DNA of 64,000 nucleotides from Lytechinus pictus. Lineage: Eukaryota. This document shows, one piece after another, positions 62,896-64,000 of this stretch; within the stretch, counting starts at the first letter, position 1; each line of letters opens with the position of its first letter. Position numbers and translations under genes: made by a program. The stretch lies in the NCBI RefSeq assembly GCF_037042905.1, contig NC_087245.1, forward strand, positions 32,490,001 through 32,554,000, given 5' to 3'. A model generated the notes under the pieces. That model was given only the letters and a program-made list of their open reading frames with translations. It searched no databases and was not told the origin of the DNA.

Positions 62896-64000
62896 TCGGG
62901 GAGGGGTAGCCTAGGGCAGGTGACCCTTATTCATTTTGCCTTTTTTGAGGGGAGGGGGAGGTTGAAGAAGGAAAAGGTTTAAAAGTCAATATAAAACTGA
63001 TATGTAAATGGTGCATAGTCAGAAAATTCCATGTGTACAGTCAGTGCAATATTAAATTACTATAGGAATACATGTAGCTGCTATGACCCCACCCCCTCCC
63101 CGAGTAAGTAAAACATATATTTTTTTATCTTTTAATAATTCAAAATGTGAAGTATTATGAAACTTTTATGACTTAAAAAAATCTTACATATAAGTACCAA
63201 GAAATCTATGCCTTTGGAAATTATATAGCACTGGTAAATGTTAATCTGTAATGTCAGTTACCGACAAACAATAATAAAATGTTCAAATCAAAGAAAAGGA
63301 ATTAAGAAATAGAAAAAGTTTTTTCATTGAAATGTTCTTAGTAACTCAGGTATACTTCCACATCAAGCTCACTTTCATATGAAGCCCTGCACAGAAGATA
63401 CAATACAATGATTCCACACATTTGACTTCCATGTGTTATCTCTATGGGAAATTAAGTGTAACGTCAGTTACCGTAATGTCAGTTACCGAGCATGGTCGTG
63501 GAAAAATTATCATACCCCCCAAAAGACAAAAACAAATTATTTAATATTTTGACACATCTTAACCTAGTAACGAAGGTATATTTACATATTCAAATTATTA
63601 CTCCAGCTACTCAGGGACATGAGATACTTCAGTTTTACTGAACACCCTGAAATTGCATGTCCTTTTTGCGTAATGTCAGTTACCGACACATTTTTGCTTG
63701 CTAATGCGTAATAAATGTGGTTACATTGAAAAACTTAGTTTCAGAGTATACAGCAAGGTTCACTTTATTAACTCTATCAAAAGCAAACTCCCATCATTTG
63801 TTGTTTTAGAGATACACACAATGAAAGGTGTGTAAGATTGTGTCGTGTAATGTCAGTTACCGTGAAAATGCCAAAATGTATTTCGTTTTTCTCTCTTTGC
63901 TGACGATACAGTTGTCATATTATCTCACAAAAATATTCACACACTTATATCATCAGCCAACTTTGAATTACGTAAACTGACATCCAGGTTTCAGAGCAAT

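Noticed and set aside
63247..63862. CRISPR-like direct repeats
   Set aside because: Repeat is only 16 bp, spacing ranges from 0 to about 200 bp, no cas genes, eukaryotic context.

Overview
AT-rich, intron-containing animal genomic DNA. The repeat landscape and gene content suggest an invertebrate deuterostome, probably a sea urchin (inference, not verified). I could reconstruct four spliced protein-coding genes by hand with consistent GT-AG sites and reading-frame phases: (1) PDCL3/phosducin-like 3 (+, 6 coding exons, 240 aa); (2) an uncharacterised 517-aa multi-pass membrane protein (-, 4 exons) whose layout resembles gustatory-receptor-like / 7TM ion channel (7TMIC) proteins and which carries a split CxxC...CxxC N-terminal insert; (3) SLC50A1/SWEET1 sugar transporter (+, 6 coding exons, 220 aa); (4) an SLC16/MCT-like MFS transporter (+, 4 exons, 477 aa). 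The rest is mostly non-autonomous DNA transposons (Kolobok-, Harbinger-, Tc1/mariner-, CACTA- and hAT/MULE-like), tRNA-derived SINEs, truncated LINEs, a satellite and microsatellites. The most notable observations are the GRL/7TMIC-like gene, a fully pairing 72-nt tRNA-like cloverleaf with a UCA (UGA-reading) anticodon inside an element embedded in (TA)n, and a minisatellite that multiplies a splice acceptor into six stop-generating decoys. Most short ORFs in the supplied track are spurious.
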